Source: Candidatus Poseidoniaceae archaeon
GTDB taxonomy: Archaea; Thermoplasmatota; Poseidoniia; Poseidoniales; Poseidoniaceae
Direction of reading: 5' to 3'
Assembly (NCBI GenBank): GCA_028356125.1
Contig: JAOMTZ010000004.1
Location: 25,552 to 89,551 of the forward strand
DNA length: 64,000 nucleotides
This document shows, piece after piece, positions 7,798 through 17,817 of this stretch; position 1 is the stretch's first letter; the number at the start of each line of letters is the position of its first letter. The translations under genes were made by a program, and so were the position numbers. The notes below the pieces were generated by a model, which worked only from the letters and a program-made list of their open reading frames with translations, was not told the origin of the DNA and made no database searches.

Positions 7798-10437
7798 TTA
7801 ACAGCTCATACCTGATACCAGATTCTCAAGGTTCTTGTTCATCATCGACATATAGTCGTCATCAGAATCACTAGGTGCCATTTCCATTGTGTAGAGGATT
7901 TTTATGCTTACGCCTGTCTCTTCGACAATACTATCAACCGATGATTGGTCAGTGTATTCTTCAACGAATAGAACTGTAATTCCTTCTTCATTAATGTGGT
8001 TAACGACCTTTGCGATGTCTTCAGGGGAAGGTTCACCTTCTGGATCTAGTCCATGAACTGTTACGAATTCAATATCGTACCTGTAAGCCATGTAAGAGTA
8101 AGCATTGTGATTTGCAACTACTGTCTTGTCGGTACATGTTCCGTCGTTTAATTTAGTATCAAATTCAACATGCAGTTTATCCAGGGCTACCTTGAAATCT
8201 TTCGCGTTTTCTGTGAAAACATCTTCACCTTCAGGGAAGACTTCGATTAGGTGTTCTAGGATAATGTCGACTTGTACTTTGACCGCAAGAGGGTCTAGCC
8301 AGCTGTGAGGGTCATAAGCCAATTCTTCATCATGGCCTTCTTCATCATGGCCTTCTTCATCATGACCTTCCTCATCATGGTCTCCTTCTTCACCGTGGTC
8401 ATCATCAGTGTTTGAAGCGGTCCACATTAAACCAGCATCCTTACAATCTTCTTCTGTAGTGATTTCAGAATTGATGGTGTGTGAGGACATGTCGTAACAA
8501 ACCATGGATTCCTCACCATGGTCATCGTGGTCACTATGATCGTCATGGTCACTGTGGTCATCATGGTTGTCATTCATCAGAATGAACATCTCTAATTCAG
8601 CGGAGTGGGCAAATCCGTAATCTCCTTCAGCTTCGATGTGGATGGTTGCGTATCCCATGACGTCTTCATCATGCTCATCGTGGTCATCGTGGTCATCATG
8701 GTCATCATCCATTTCAAACATCATTCCAAGTTCTGAAGCGTTGATGTAACTGTCATTATTCATGTCCATGTGGGCAAACATTCCTTCCAACATTTCAGTT
8801 TCGTTGTGCTCTCCATCGTGATCGTCGTGTCCATCATCATGGCCATCTTCACCGTGGTCATCATGTTCATCATGGTCGTCATCTTCCATTGCTTCCATTT
8901 CTTCCATCATGTGCATGAATTCACTCATTGATAATGCGCCATCTTCGTCTTCATCATAGGCAGTGATCATAAATTCGTTTGAAAGCGATTCCATGTTATC
9001 CATTACACCATCAACAGATTCTATGAAAGAAGGAAGTTCTGATAGTTGCAATAATGCATCACCGTCTGCATCGGAATCATTGAATGCCATCATCATCTTT
9101 TCCATCATGTATTCTTCTACTGCTTCCTCAAAGGCGCTATGCTCTTCATGGCTATCATCGGAGTCATTATCGTCATGAGTATCATTGTGGTCGTCATGGT
9201 CATCGTCGTGGTCATCGTCTTCTGTCATTATTGCCCAGAATTCATCCCAAGATATTGCACTATCATTGTTGGCATCAAAATCTTCTATCATTTCTTCAGG
9301 TGTTGGAGGCTCTTCATGGTGGTCATCGTCTTCTTCCATCCAAGCGTGACCTGCTGCTTCACATTCCTCTTCAGTTGAGTCATAGTTCTCGTGAGTGGAT
9401 GTGTTGTGGCATTCTCCGTCATGTTCGTCATGGCCATCTTCGTCGTGGTCGTCATGTCCTTCTTCCATCCATGCGTGACCTGCAGCTTTACATTCTTCTT
9501 CAGTTGAGTCATAGTTCTCGTGAGTGGATGTGTTGTGGCATTCTCCGTCATGTTCGTCATGACCGTCTTCGTCATGCTCATCATGGCCTTCTTCGCCATG
9601 ATCACCATGGTCATGGTGTGCATGGCCGCCAAGCATCTTTAGAACAGCCACGTTGAACTTTTCATCGTGGTGCTTGCTTTCGAATTCAATAACATATTCT
9701 CCTTCTTTTAGGTGGTAAATTGAAATTACTGAATCTGTAGGGCAGCCTTCCGGATTCATGATTGTCTCTTCTGCTTCACCGTGGCCGTGTCCCTCGTGGC
9801 CGCTGTGGTCATCATGCCCATCCTCATCGTGTCCATCTTCATCATGGTCATCGTGTCCATCTTCGTCATGGCCGTCTTCTTCGTGGTCATCATGTTCGTC
9901 TTCATCGTGCTCTTCTTCAGCAGCTTCTACCTTGTGAGTTACCTTTTCAGCATGGAACTCATTCAATTCATCATCTAGGTGAGAGAGATGTAGGTCTTGG
10001 TAAGGACCAGATGTAAGTAATTCACATAGGTCTGTAATTAGCATTGACTCGTAGTCAAGATCAACTTCACCAGTTGGCATTGCGTGTGTGCTTCCAAATG
10101 CAGGAGCATCGGAGCCCATGGAATCCAATGTGTCTTCTGCCCACGGTTCAAGTCCTAGTCCGTGATATAGGAATAGATCAACTTCACCCAGTCTTACTAT
10201 GTCTTCCAGTGTAGGAGAATAGTCGTGAACTGGAATGTTGTTCTTACTTATCATTTCAACATTTACTGTATCTCCAGTAATTGCAGAAACCATTTGGCCT
10301 ACGTGATATGTGGAAACCATTACTGTACCGTATTTCCCTTCCATTTTTTCGTCATCATCGTTATTCAAACATCCAGCAAGGCTAGATGTAATCAGTACAA
10401 AACTCACAAGCAGTGCCTTATGCCAATTGGTGCGCAT
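7798..10437 (-). CDS. znuA: Zn-type ABC substrate-binding lipoprotein (ZnuA/AdcA family) with a very large His/acidic insertion containing EF-hands
   Basis: LAGC lipobox, PVHDYSP, HGLGLEPW, DPHSWLDP, HNAYSY and EGEPSP cluster A-I motifs flanking a ~590-aa insert. Confidence 0.85.
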   Translation of the reverse strand: MRTNWHKALLVSFVLITSSLAGCLNNDDDEKMEGKYGTVMVSTYHVGQMVSAITGDTVNVEMISKNNIPVHDYSPTLEDIVRLGEVDLFLYHGLGLEPWAEDTLDSMGSDAPAFGSTHAMPTGEVDLDYESMLITDLCELLTSGPYQDLHLSHLDDELNEFHAEKVTHKVEAAEEEHDEDEHDDHEEDGHDEDGHDDHDEDGHDEDGHDDHSGHEGHGHGEAEETIMNPEGCPTDSVISIYHLKEGEYVIEFESKHHDEKFNVAVLKMLGGHAHHDHGDHGEEGHDEHDEDGHDEHDGECHNTSTHENYDSTEEECKAAGHAWMEEGHDDHDEDGHDEHDGECHNTSTHENYDSTEEECEAAGHAWMEEDDDHHEEPPTPEEMIEDFDANNDSAISWDEFWAIMTEDDDHDDDHDDHNDTHDDNDSDDSHEEHSAFEEAVEEYMMEKMMMAFNDSDADGDALLQLSELPSFIESVDGVMDNMESLSNEFMITAYDEDEDGALSMSEFMHMMEEMEAMEDDDHDEHDDHGEDGHDDGHDDHDGEHNETEMLEGMFAHMDMNNDSYINASELGMMFEMDDDHDDHDDHDEHDEDVMGYATIHIEAEGDYGFAHSAELEMFILMNDNHDDHSDHDDHSDHDDHGEESMVCYDMSSHTINSEITTEEDCKDAGLMWTASNTDDDHGEEGDHDEEGHDEEGHDEEGHDEELAYDPHSWLDPLAVKVQVDIILEHLIEVFPEGEDVFTENAKDFKVALDKLHVEFDTKLNDGTCTDKTVVANHNAYSYMAYRYDIEFVTVHGLDPEGEPSPEDIAKVVNHINEEGITVLFVEEYTDQSSVDSIVEETGVSIKILYTMEMAPSDSDDDYMSMMNKNLENLVSGMSC
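9332..9587 (-). repeat. 129-bp (43-aa) tandem duplication inside znuA
   Basis: tcttccatccaagcgtgacc at 9332 and tcttccatccatgcgtgacc at 9461; both copies encode CHNTSTHENYDSTEEECxAAGHAWMEE. Confidence 0.9.
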
Positions 10438-10451
10438 GGTCCTGCGCTAAC

Positions 10452-10477
10452 TATTAACTATTTAATTAAAACTAATA
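10452..10477. promoter_or_regulatory. Candidate NikR-type operator TATTA-N16-TAATA between divergent znuA and regulator
   Basis: ctatta-16nt-taataa has the spacing of the NikR box GTATGA-N16-TCATAC and overlaps the TTAATA TATA-like element of znuA; the AT-rich context lowers specificity. Confidence 0.45.
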
Positions 10478-10523
10478 AATAGGTGTTTTAAAATTATTAA
10501 TACCCGTGCCTATTCGGAGTACC

Positions 10524-10949
10524 ATGAGCACAATTATTTCATTCAGTTCTGATGCAGACTTCAGTGATAGCCTAGATGAACTTATTGAAAAATCAGGTTA
10601 CAAGAATCGAAGTCGCTTCATGCGAGATGCTGCCCTACACTTTGCTGAATACAACCAGAGAGGCGAATTAACGGACATGGACGATAATGAAATTCTTGAG
10701 GGGCATCTAGTCATTTATTATCAGCATGGAATCGAGAGAAAATTGCTAGATCTCAGACATTCAAATGAACTCGACGTTTCAAGTTATAATCACAGTTGTC
10801 TAAAACATAGTCACACATGTGTTGATTTGCTACAAGCGATTGGTTCTGCTGCTAGTTTCCGTAAGATTATGGCGCAACTCAATGATACTGCCTCAGTAGA
10901 CAAGGTTTCATTCATCAGTGCTCCGATGAGGGATGATGGCTGTTGCTGA
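10524..10949 (+). CDS. NikR-family RHH-ACT metal-responsive regulator
   Basis: IISFS..LDELIEKSGYKNRSRFMRDA RHH domain; ACT domain with H..HSC..C; C-terminal GCC. Confidence 0.8.
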   Translation: MSTIISFSSDADFSDSLDELIEKSGYKNRSRFMRDAALHFAEYNQRGELTDMDDNEILEGHLVIYYQHGIERKLLDLRHSNELDVSSYNHSCLKHSHTCVDLLQAIGSAASFRKIMAQLNDTASVDKVSFISAPMRDDGCC

Positions 10950-11006
10950 TTATAGTTACAAACTGTAGCGAAAATGTATATTTGTAATCGATTTGTCTGC
11001 TAGAAT

Positions 11007-11669
11007 ATGCAGCCTCAACCCATTGAGTACACTCAGCCTGTCCAATATACTCAGCCTGTCCAATATACTCAGCCAGGGCAATATCCACAGCCTAATCAAT
11101 ACGCACAACCTGCTACGCAGTATATTCAACCACAACAACAGCAACCAGCTCAATTTGTGCAACCAGGGCAACCTATGATACAAATGCCAGCTCAACAAAT
11201 TGTGTATGTGACACAAGAAAAGTCTTCGAATAAAGCCTTACCTTGGATAGGAGTTGTCTTGATTCTAGTTTCGTTATTTATGCCTTATTTATCATTCATG
11301 GGAGAGCATGTGAGTGGTTTTGATCTGATTGCTGAAATCGGTGATTCAGACTTTTCAAGCGATGGGGAAAGCCCTGATGATGATAGTGATCTTCCCCCAG
11401 AGTTCGTATTTTTCGGTATTGCATTACTCATGATTGGTTTAGGACCAATATTTTTCATAATTAGTACGATAATATCTTCATTAGTTCTTATGAGTGGTAA
11501 ATCTCCCAAAATAATGGGTATCTTTCATCTCTCTTATGGGGTAATATTCCTAGTTTTCGCCGCTATAGGAACAATAGATTTTGGATCTGAATCCTTTTCT
11601 GCTTATGATATAACAGGAATTGGATTTTATTTGGGTGCATTCGCATCGGTTCTATTCCTTTTCAAGTAG
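11007..11669 (+). CDS. Membrane protein with Q/P/Y-rich N-terminal low-complexity tail
   Basis: YTQPVQ repeats followed by 4 hydrophobic segments. Confidence 0.7.
   Translation: MQPQPIEYTQPVQYTQPVQYTQPGQYPQPNQYAQPATQYIQPQQQQPAQFVQPGQPMIQMPAQQIVYVTQEKSSNKALPWIGVVLILVSLFMPYLSFMGEHVSGFDLIAEIGDSDFSSDGESPDDDSDLPPEFVFFGIALLMIGLGPIFFIISTIISSLVLMSGKSPKIMGIFHLSYGVIFLVFAAIGTIDFGSESFSAYDITGIGFYLGAFASVLFLFK
11031..11074 (+). repeat. 18-bp tandem repeat (actcagcctgtccaatat, about 2.4 copies)
   Basis: Seen directly; encodes TQPVQY. Confidence 0.85.
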
Positions 11670-12542
11670 ATTGGTTGTCTTTCTTAGCCAACTTCCAGAT
11701 TCGATTTTTTCAAACGACTCTATTGGTCTAGCATAATGGTAAACATATGCCCAAACCTTACCTTTCTCTGAATCTATGAGTTGGATTCTCCTATCAAATA
11801 ATGGATTATCACCAACGTTTCCTTCTATTTGGTCAAGGTGCTGAATAAATTGGAACATATCACCTGCTTTGTACACTTCACCATGAACATCCCCTTCTCC
11901 AAGTTTCAATCCCGGATAGTCACCTAGGTCGTACAAATCTCCTTTCGCTGAGCCACGACAATACATTTCAGAACCGTCGCTCATCATGTCTTCTCGAATC
12001 ATTCCATTCATCAGAGTTCCATAGACAAACACGTACCCGAATCTAGGGTTTACACCTTTACGCAATGCATAATCTAGCCAAGTCGTGGGTAGATCTAGTC
12101 TTGTCAGTCCGTTACGAATTAATTCTTCGTATTCATCAGATGGTTCATGAAATTCAGAATTCGATGATTTGTGTATGTAGGTGTAAGCTAGATGACATTG
12201 CCCATCGCTTGTGTAGACTACTTTTTCCACTCTGACGTAGTGGTTAGGGTGCCCTTCTTTGCGGTCTAGCGCATCTCTAGTGTACTCATCAATCTCAAAC
12301 AATGCACCAGGGGTTGCAGCCATGCCGGGGGCTATCCATGTTAGATTTGCAGCACCGGCCCCTCTCGACCTTGAATAGTAATTGAAATCTAAAACATAAC
12401 CGTCAATCCAAGCAGGTCCGATTTCTTTCAATCCAGATGGCTCAAGACCCTTCCTTGAACACCATTTTTCCCAATCATCCCTGTCAAGGTTAGACCCGTA
12501 TCCAAAGTATAGCATGGGGGCTGAATCAGTATTTTCTTCCAT
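11652..12542 (-). CDS. Tandem gamma-glutamylcyclotransferase (GGCT/AIG2-like) protein
   Basis: YFGYGSNL...LDRKEG and VFVYGTLM...LDQIEG, i.e. two GGCT domains. Confidence 0.85.
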   Translation of the reverse strand: MEENTDSAPMLYFGYGSNLDRDDWEKWCSRKGLEPSGLKEIGPAWIDGYVLDFNYYSRSRGAGAANLTWIAPGMAATPGALFEIDEYTRDALDRKEGHPNHYVRVEKVVYTSDGQCHLAYTYIHKSSNSEFHEPSDEYEELIRNGLTRLDLPTTWLDYALRKGVNPRFGYVFVYGTLMNGMIREDMMSDGSEMYCRGSAKGDLYDLGDYPGLKLGEGDVHGEVYKAGDMFQFIQHLDQIEGNVGDNPLFDRRIQLIDSEKGKVWAYVYHYARPIESFEKIESGSWLRKTTNLLEKE

Positions 12543-12586
12543 AGGCGGAACTTCGACTAGGGGCTAATAAACCCTTAGACTATCAC

Positions 12587-13558
12587 TTACTTTTTCCTTC
12601 GCATTACTACGAATAATATGAGGAGGAGGATTACTCCTGCGCCGCCTCCACCGTAAACCAACGTTTTGTTATCCATTGAATTTGATATAACTCCTGATTT
12701 TGAATCACTTTCTTCTGGGTCACTTGGTTCTGCATAAACGGTTATCCTAGTATTTGCGGTTTCACTATTACAGGAACTTTCGTAACTGCAACTAAATTGA
12801 CTATTTGCAATAAACTCTAATTTGAATGTCTTTTCATATTGTCCTTCAGAATTCATCGGCCAATCTTCTGAGACTTTAGGTGTTTTAATCAATATTCGTG
12901 CTGTGGTAGGTGCGGCCATAGATTCGATTTCAACCTTAACAAGAGGTATACTGATGGAAAAACCAGCATACTCTAACTCCTGTAGGGAGTCTTTTGTTAA
13001 ACCTAAAGAGAACTGATCAGCCCAATTTCCTTGATTGTAAACCTTGAATTCTACCTCTTGTTCAAATTCTGATTCCAGAGTTAGTGACGCTTCAACAGCT
13101 TCAACTTGCAAACCTGAAAATTGTAGGATGCTTACAATCATACTCACTTCCGCTTCAGCAAGATTTGGAGGGGGGGCACCCATGACTTCAGTTACTGTTG
13201 CTGTAACCCTAAGATTTCTGCTAGACATCGTCATTCTTTCATCCGCTTTTACAGTTACAGTAAATTCTTCTTCCGCATTAGGCCCAAGCGTAATCGAGCC
13301 AGGGTGTGCCACTACTAAACCATCAGCAGTAACCTGAATGTCTATTTTTTCCTGATATGAATTTGGATTGCTTACAGTACAATACGCATTACCAGTCAAA
13401 GTAGCTCCAGGATATACTTCAATATCCACCGCTCCAGATGGATCGAGTGACATACAACTCAAGTTTACAGCAGGTGTGCCAACTTGTGCGTCTGCAGGAG
13501 TTATTGGTAAAACAGTGAGACTGAATATCATACAGATTAGGATGGCTTTCAATCTCAT
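12587..13558 (-). CDS. Surface protein, choice-of-anchor T-like, with C-terminal TM anchor
   Basis: Signal peptide, Ig-like beta segments (CTVSNPNSYQEKI, VYNQGNWADQF), TM followed by RRKK. Confidence 0.65.
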   Translation of the reverse strand: MRLKAILICMIFSLTVLPITPADAQVGTPAVNLSCMSLDPSGAVDIEVYPGATLTGNAYCTVSNPNSYQEKIDIQVTADGLVVAHPGSITLGPNAEEEFTVTVKADERMTMSSRNLRVTATVTEVMGAPPPNLAEAEVSMIVSILQFSGLQVEAVEASLTLESEFEQEVEFKVYNQGNWADQFSLGLTKDSLQELEYAGFSISIPLVKVEIESMAAPTTARILIKTPKVSEDWPMNSEGQYEKTFKLEFIANSQFSCSYESSCNSETANTRITVYAEPSDPEESDSKSGVISNSMDNKTLVYGGGGAGVILLLILFVVMRRKK

Positions 13559-13621
13559 GAATATCCCTCGTCTATGGTAGTATTAACATTTTGCGGGGTT
13601 TTTCGGCTTGTGAGGTTCTGA

Positions 13622-14236
13622 TTAGTTTTTGATAAAATGTAATCTTACGACGTGTGCAGTTCCTCTGTGTAAGTCGGATTCATCCAATTCCACAGTTTCG
13701 ACTTTAGCATGGATTATTGTGAAACCTTCACTAATTATTTCCATTACTTCATCGAGGTCCCAGAGTAAATCTAGACTCTTAGGGCCACCACTAGTCATAT
13801 CCATTTGGCTTGTATGATACCCTTCACAGATGAATTCTCCACCCGTTTTTAGTGAAGAAAGCATACGTGGATAATGTTCACAAAACATAGTCCAAGGAAC
13901 ATGGAACCACGAACATGCAATTAGATCATATGTCTCTGGAGTGAAATTCCGTAAAGTGAGGTCATCTACTTCATAGCGAACTTCAACACATCTTTCTTTT
14001 GCAAGCAGAGCACACTTTTCCTTTCCAACATCGGATAGGTCGAATACGGTAGTTTCGTATCCTTGGGATGCTATCCAAACTGCGTTTCTTCCTTCACCAT
14101 CTGCTGGAACTAGGGCCTTGCCATTACCCGGTTTGATTGTTTCAGCCAACCACACATTAGGCTCTTTTCCATAAGCCCAACCATCGCCAGAAAATCTAGC
14201 ATTCCAGCCATCAGCACCAAATTTCACATTACTCAT
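13622..14236 (-). CDS. Class I SAM-dependent methyltransferase
   Basis: WNARF..AYGKEPN, ADGEGRNAVW and SGGP motifs; start set at MSNVKF, overlapping the rqcH stop. Confidence 0.85.
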   Translation of the reverse strand: MSNVKFGADGWNARFSGDGWAYGKEPNVWLAETIKPGNGKALVPADGEGRNAVWIASQGYETTVFDLSDVGKEKCALLAKERCVEVRYEVDDLTLRNFTPETYDLIACSWFHVPWTMFCEHYPRMLSSLKTGGEFICEGYHTSQMDMTSGGPKSLDLLWDLDEVMEIISEGFTIIHAKVETVELDESDLHRGTAHVVRLHFIKN

Positions 14237-16301
14237 CGTTCTCAACCTTCTTGAATTTGATAAGGCCAACATCTTCGATGATGTCACAGTTACCCGGGAG
14301 GATTGGAAGTATGTCATCTACAGAAAGGCCGGTTGACTTGTAAATTCGATTTGCTACGGTTTCTTTCTTTTCTCTTCCAGGGGAAACCACAATGTAACGA
14401 TTGCAAATACTCGCAATATGTTCTGGTGTTGAACCCATTAACAATGGAATACCATTTATTGCCACGAGACCAATTCCCATTTTCAAATCAATATCCTTGT
14501 ACCAAGTTCTCTTTCCTCTGATGACGAATGCTCCCTTGCCAACATATTCGCCAGTCACTGCAGACTTCGAAACCTGGCCTGGCTTTACCCAGAAAACAGT
14601 CCCATGGGCGCCACCACCATTCCATGCTCTACTCCAAGCAAGAGCCATAGTAGCTGCGATTTCAGTAGTCTCATCGTCTAGTTCAGCCTCAACTTTATCG
14701 GCAAGACGGAAAGCTGGAATATCCTCTCCAATGTGAGGAGGAGGGTGTGTGTCTACAACAAATCCTTGATTATTTCGTAGTGAACAAGAAGGAGCCCCGT
14801 GAAGGTCAGCGTGAAGGTACCGATCGCCTAGTGACATGTGCTTCTTAACAACAGAATCGTTTCCTTTAGCATCGCGTCCCCCAACCATTAGGTGGCCACT
14901 TGGAAGCATTGTCCATTTGTGGTTTTCAAACCATAGGCGTTTTGCTCTTTTAACACGAGCAATTTGGCCACTAGCCTCTCTTTTAGCATGTTTTTTCCTT
15001 GCTCTCGAAAGTTCTAATTTTGTATCTTCAAGGGCTTGAATTGCACCGGCTGATTTGTCCTTTTGTTTACGCCCAGATTGGAAAAATCTCTGAGCGTTCT
15101 GGTGAACAGTTTCGTTCAAATGTAGTGTGACCTGATTCCCAGGTTTACCTTCATCGTCAGGCATAAATGCAACAAAAGTACTCTCTGCAGCATTCACTGA
15201 TTGAATCCATTCGATTTCTTTGACAGCCTTCTTTACTCCATCCCAGCCTAGACTTTCAACCGCCTCTTTGATTTGAGCCAACAATTGCTCGACATGAGTC
15301 CAATTTTCTTGAATTATATGACCGATTTCTTGTTGCTTTTCGACCTTAGTACCAAATCCTTCCAATGCCTTTTCTTGCTGTGCTAGCCTTCTTTCAAGGC
15401 GGTCAACATCAGTTGAATATCCTCTTCCAGGTGATGCAACATCCAGTGCTTCAGCTTCTCTACGCGCTAATGCATGGGCGTCATATTGGCCCATCCATTC
15501 ATCTACAGCCTCACTCATTGTGGGGAAGTCTTTCCTTTCATAGTCTGTAAGTGTGGCAGGAATTACCGGCCAGGCTTGCTCAATTCCACCTTCTTTGAGG
15601 AATAAGTGCCCTTTCCAATCTCCTTGTAGAATCGATTGAAGTGAATCCCAAACTTTCTGTAAATCAGCGTCTTTGATTTCAGCATCAGCGCTATGCTCAG
15701 CTTCAACACAAACTGCTGTAGCAAGAGCTCCACCTAGATTCAGACCGCCTCCTAATGTGCGGCCCAGGTTTCTATCACTATCATTCATTAATTCACAAAA
15801 TGAATCGTAATCAAGTTCGTAAGGGTTTGTAGCGGCAGGAGGTGGAGTGTAGACGACGCCTCTTTTCAGTACCCTATCTGCGTATGATTTGTGTGTTAAA
15901 GGTTGAATGATAACATCATCGCCATCCGTCAAAATGATATTTCCATCTCTAAACACTTCAACGTAAATGTGAAACATTCCAAATGGCTTCTCAAAAACGA
16001 ATTTTAGAATTCGATCATATCCTATTTGTTCAATAGTCCTTAGCCGTGCATTAGACAACGACTTTCGTAACACCATTGCAAATGGAGCCGGATTTTGAGG
16101 CATAGGTCGGTCTCTCTTACTCAGGTAGATACGCTTTCCTCGAATCAAAACTAAATCGGAGTTGCCCCCTTCTTTAGTTCGTAAACGTAATACTACTTGC
16201 TCATAATGGGGCTGGTAACTTTTCCTGCAATGAGCACCGACCATGACTTGTAATTCGCTAGCAATAGCGCGCAAGTCAAGTCCACTCATCACATCCTTCA
16301 T
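14229..16301 (-). CDS. rqcH: Ribosome rescue protein RqcH/Rqc2 (NFACT family)
   Basis: MSGLDL, FAMVLRK, DRIL, EVFRDGNIIL, GGRDAKGND, HADLHGAP, QVSKSA..GEY..GAFVIRGKR. Confidence 0.9.
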   Translation of the reverse strand: MKDVMSGLDLRAIASELQVMVGAHCRKSYQPHYEQVVLRLRTKEGGNSDLVLIRGKRIYLSKRDRPMPQNPAPFAMVLRKSLSNARLRTIEQIGYDRILKFVFEKPFGMFHIYVEVFRDGNIILTDGDDVIIQPLTHKSYADRVLKRGVVYTPPPAATNPYELDYDSFCELMNDSDRNLGRTLGGGLNLGGALATAVCVEAEHSADAEIKDADLQKVWDSLQSILQGDWKGHLFLKEGGIEQAWPVIPATLTDYERKDFPTMSEAVDEWMGQYDAHALARREAEALDVASPGRGYSTDVDRLERRLAQQEKALEGFGTKVEKQQEIGHIIQENWTHVEQLLAQIKEAVESLGWDGVKKAVKEIEWIQSVNAAESTFVAFMPDDEGKPGNQVTLHLNETVHQNAQRFFQSGRKQKDKSAGAIQALEDTKLELSRARKKHAKREASGQIARVKRAKRLWFENHKWTMLPSGHLMVGGRDAKGNDSVVKKHMSLGDRYLHADLHGAPSCSLRNNQGFVVDTHPPPHIGEDIPAFRLADKVEAELDDETTEIAATMALAWSRAWNGGGAHGTVFWVKPGQVSKSAVTGEYVGKGAFVIRGKRTWYKDIDLKMGIGLVAINGIPLLMGSTPEHIASICNRYIVVSPGREKKETVANRIYKSTGLSVDDILPILPGNCDIIEDVGLIKFKKVENDE

Positions 16302-17764
16302 ACCCGCACCCAGCCACCGTCAGTGGTTCTTACCTTTCCACCTTTTTCATGTGAGAGTAAGTGAGAAAGAGTCTGGTCGACTGCTAATCCGGGGTGAGCA
16401 TCCGGTGTGTCTTCATAGGATACCCTAGCAATATCTTCGAGGATATTATGGCCTGCTTCAACTGCTGCCAATACCTTATCATGACGTGATGAACGGTGCT
16501 TAATGTAGTGCTCTAATGTCATAAACGGAAGAGGAATAACAGGTCCATGGGATGGGAACATTAGGTGTGGGTCCAAGTCCAGTAAACGCTCTAATTGTTC
16601 GATGTAAGTCATCATGTCTCCTTGTCCTGGTGGAATAAGAATTGTACCAATTCCGGCCACCATGTCCCCTGCAATAAGGCCGGACTCCGAAATTAAACAC
16701 AGGTGTTCAGGATGGTGTCCAGGAGTATGAAGTACGGTCCATTCTTGATTACCAAGTTTGAGAACCTCTCCATCTTTGAGCATTCGGTCAGCGGATGTTG
16801 ATGCTGACCAAACGGGAACATCAAACGCTTCTTTTAGCAACCCTACATCTGCCATGTGGTCACTATGACCATGTGTGTAGAATACGGCTACTAGTTCCCC
16901 TTTGTGTCTTTCAACCGCTTCAGCTACATCTTCCATTCCTTCTCTATGTCTAAACGCAGGATCGACAACTATGAACTCGCCTTCAGGGTCGCCCACGAGG
17001 TAACAATTTGTGTGGTCGGCAGGTGGTAGAGTTGCGGTTTTTACCGGTACTACTTCTACACCTTGGGCGAATAGAATTGAGCGACGACCAGGCATCCTTG
17101 TTTCTAAATCCATAGCAACTTTTTCCATATCTTGTTCCATCAATCCAAGACATCTTTCAACCTCCATCAACAGTGTGACAACAGGTGGTGCAACTTTGAT
17201 AGCATTATGTTGCCAAGCACCTATTACATCGCATGGACGCATCCATCTAGCATTTTCAAACTCGGTTTGACCTACAAGCGAGAACTCATCATGGTCTTGT
17301 GAATGAATGTGGAAAAATGTATTTTCAAATCGCATTGGACCAAAAGGAGGAGTTGTACGCATCGAGATAATTCGCATACCAGTTGTGTCTGCAGAAATAT
17401 CTCCATCCAGGGCAAGTGGAAACCAGTTTGCTTTGTCATCAACAACCATTCTTCTGAAGTCTTCTTCAACCGAAACTAACCTTCCATCCTCGGGCGCTAA
17501 CCCCAATTCTTCAACTAACTCTCTCAGAATCGCACAGTGTTGGAATGAGATTCCAATTACTTCACTTGCCGCTTTATCGACACGTGATACTCCACCTCCA
17601 GGAAACGCCCAGTAACCAGGGAATGAAGGCATTGTTTCGCATCTGTGGCCGAGTAGAACTTCAACGCCTTTCTCGCCATCTCTAGTTATCATCAATGTCG
17701 CTGATGGACGAGGAGGTCTTCGTTCCAAATCTGGCATAGATAGGCCACTCGGGACTTCGCTCAT
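16298..17764 (-). CDS. NUDIX + metallo-beta-lactamase (LACTB2-like) + wHTH fusion
   Basis: FPGG..LRELVEELG Nudix box; THGHSDH, HTPGH, GD and PSHG MBL motifs. Confidence 0.85.
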   Translation of the reverse strand: MSEVPSGLSMPDLERRPPRPSATLMITRDGEKGVEVLLGHRCETMPSFPGYWAFPGGGVSRVDKAASEVIGISFQHCAILRELVEELGLAPEDGRLVSVEEDFRRMVVDDKANWFPLALDGDISADTTGMRIISMRTTPPFGPMRFENTFFHIHSQDHDEFSLVGQTEFENARWMRPCDVIGAWQHNAIKVAPPVVTLLMEVERCLGLMEQDMEKVAMDLETRMPGRRSILFAQGVEVVPVKTATLPPADHTNCYLVGDPEGEFIVVDPAFRHREGMEDVAEAVERHKGELVAVFYTHGHSDHMADVGLLKEAFDVPVWSASTSADRMLKDGEVLKLGNQEWTVLHTPGHHPEHLCLISESGLIAGDMVAGIGTILIPPGQGDMMTYIEQLERLLDLDPHLMFPSHGPVIPLPFMTLEHYIKHRSSRHDKVLAAVEAGHNILEDIARVSYEDTPDAHPGLAVDQTLSHLLSHEKGGKVRTTDGGWVRV

Positions 17765-17817
17765 ATTGCGGCCCAACACACAAATGGTTTCAAGACATAA
17801 CATGGTCTGGCACCATC

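Noticed and set aside
8963-10016. His/Arg-rich antisense ORFs and a possible CRISPR-like repeat array
   Set aside because: The repeats are in-frame codon repeats of the ZnuA His/Asp insert, with no constant repeat plus unique spacers.
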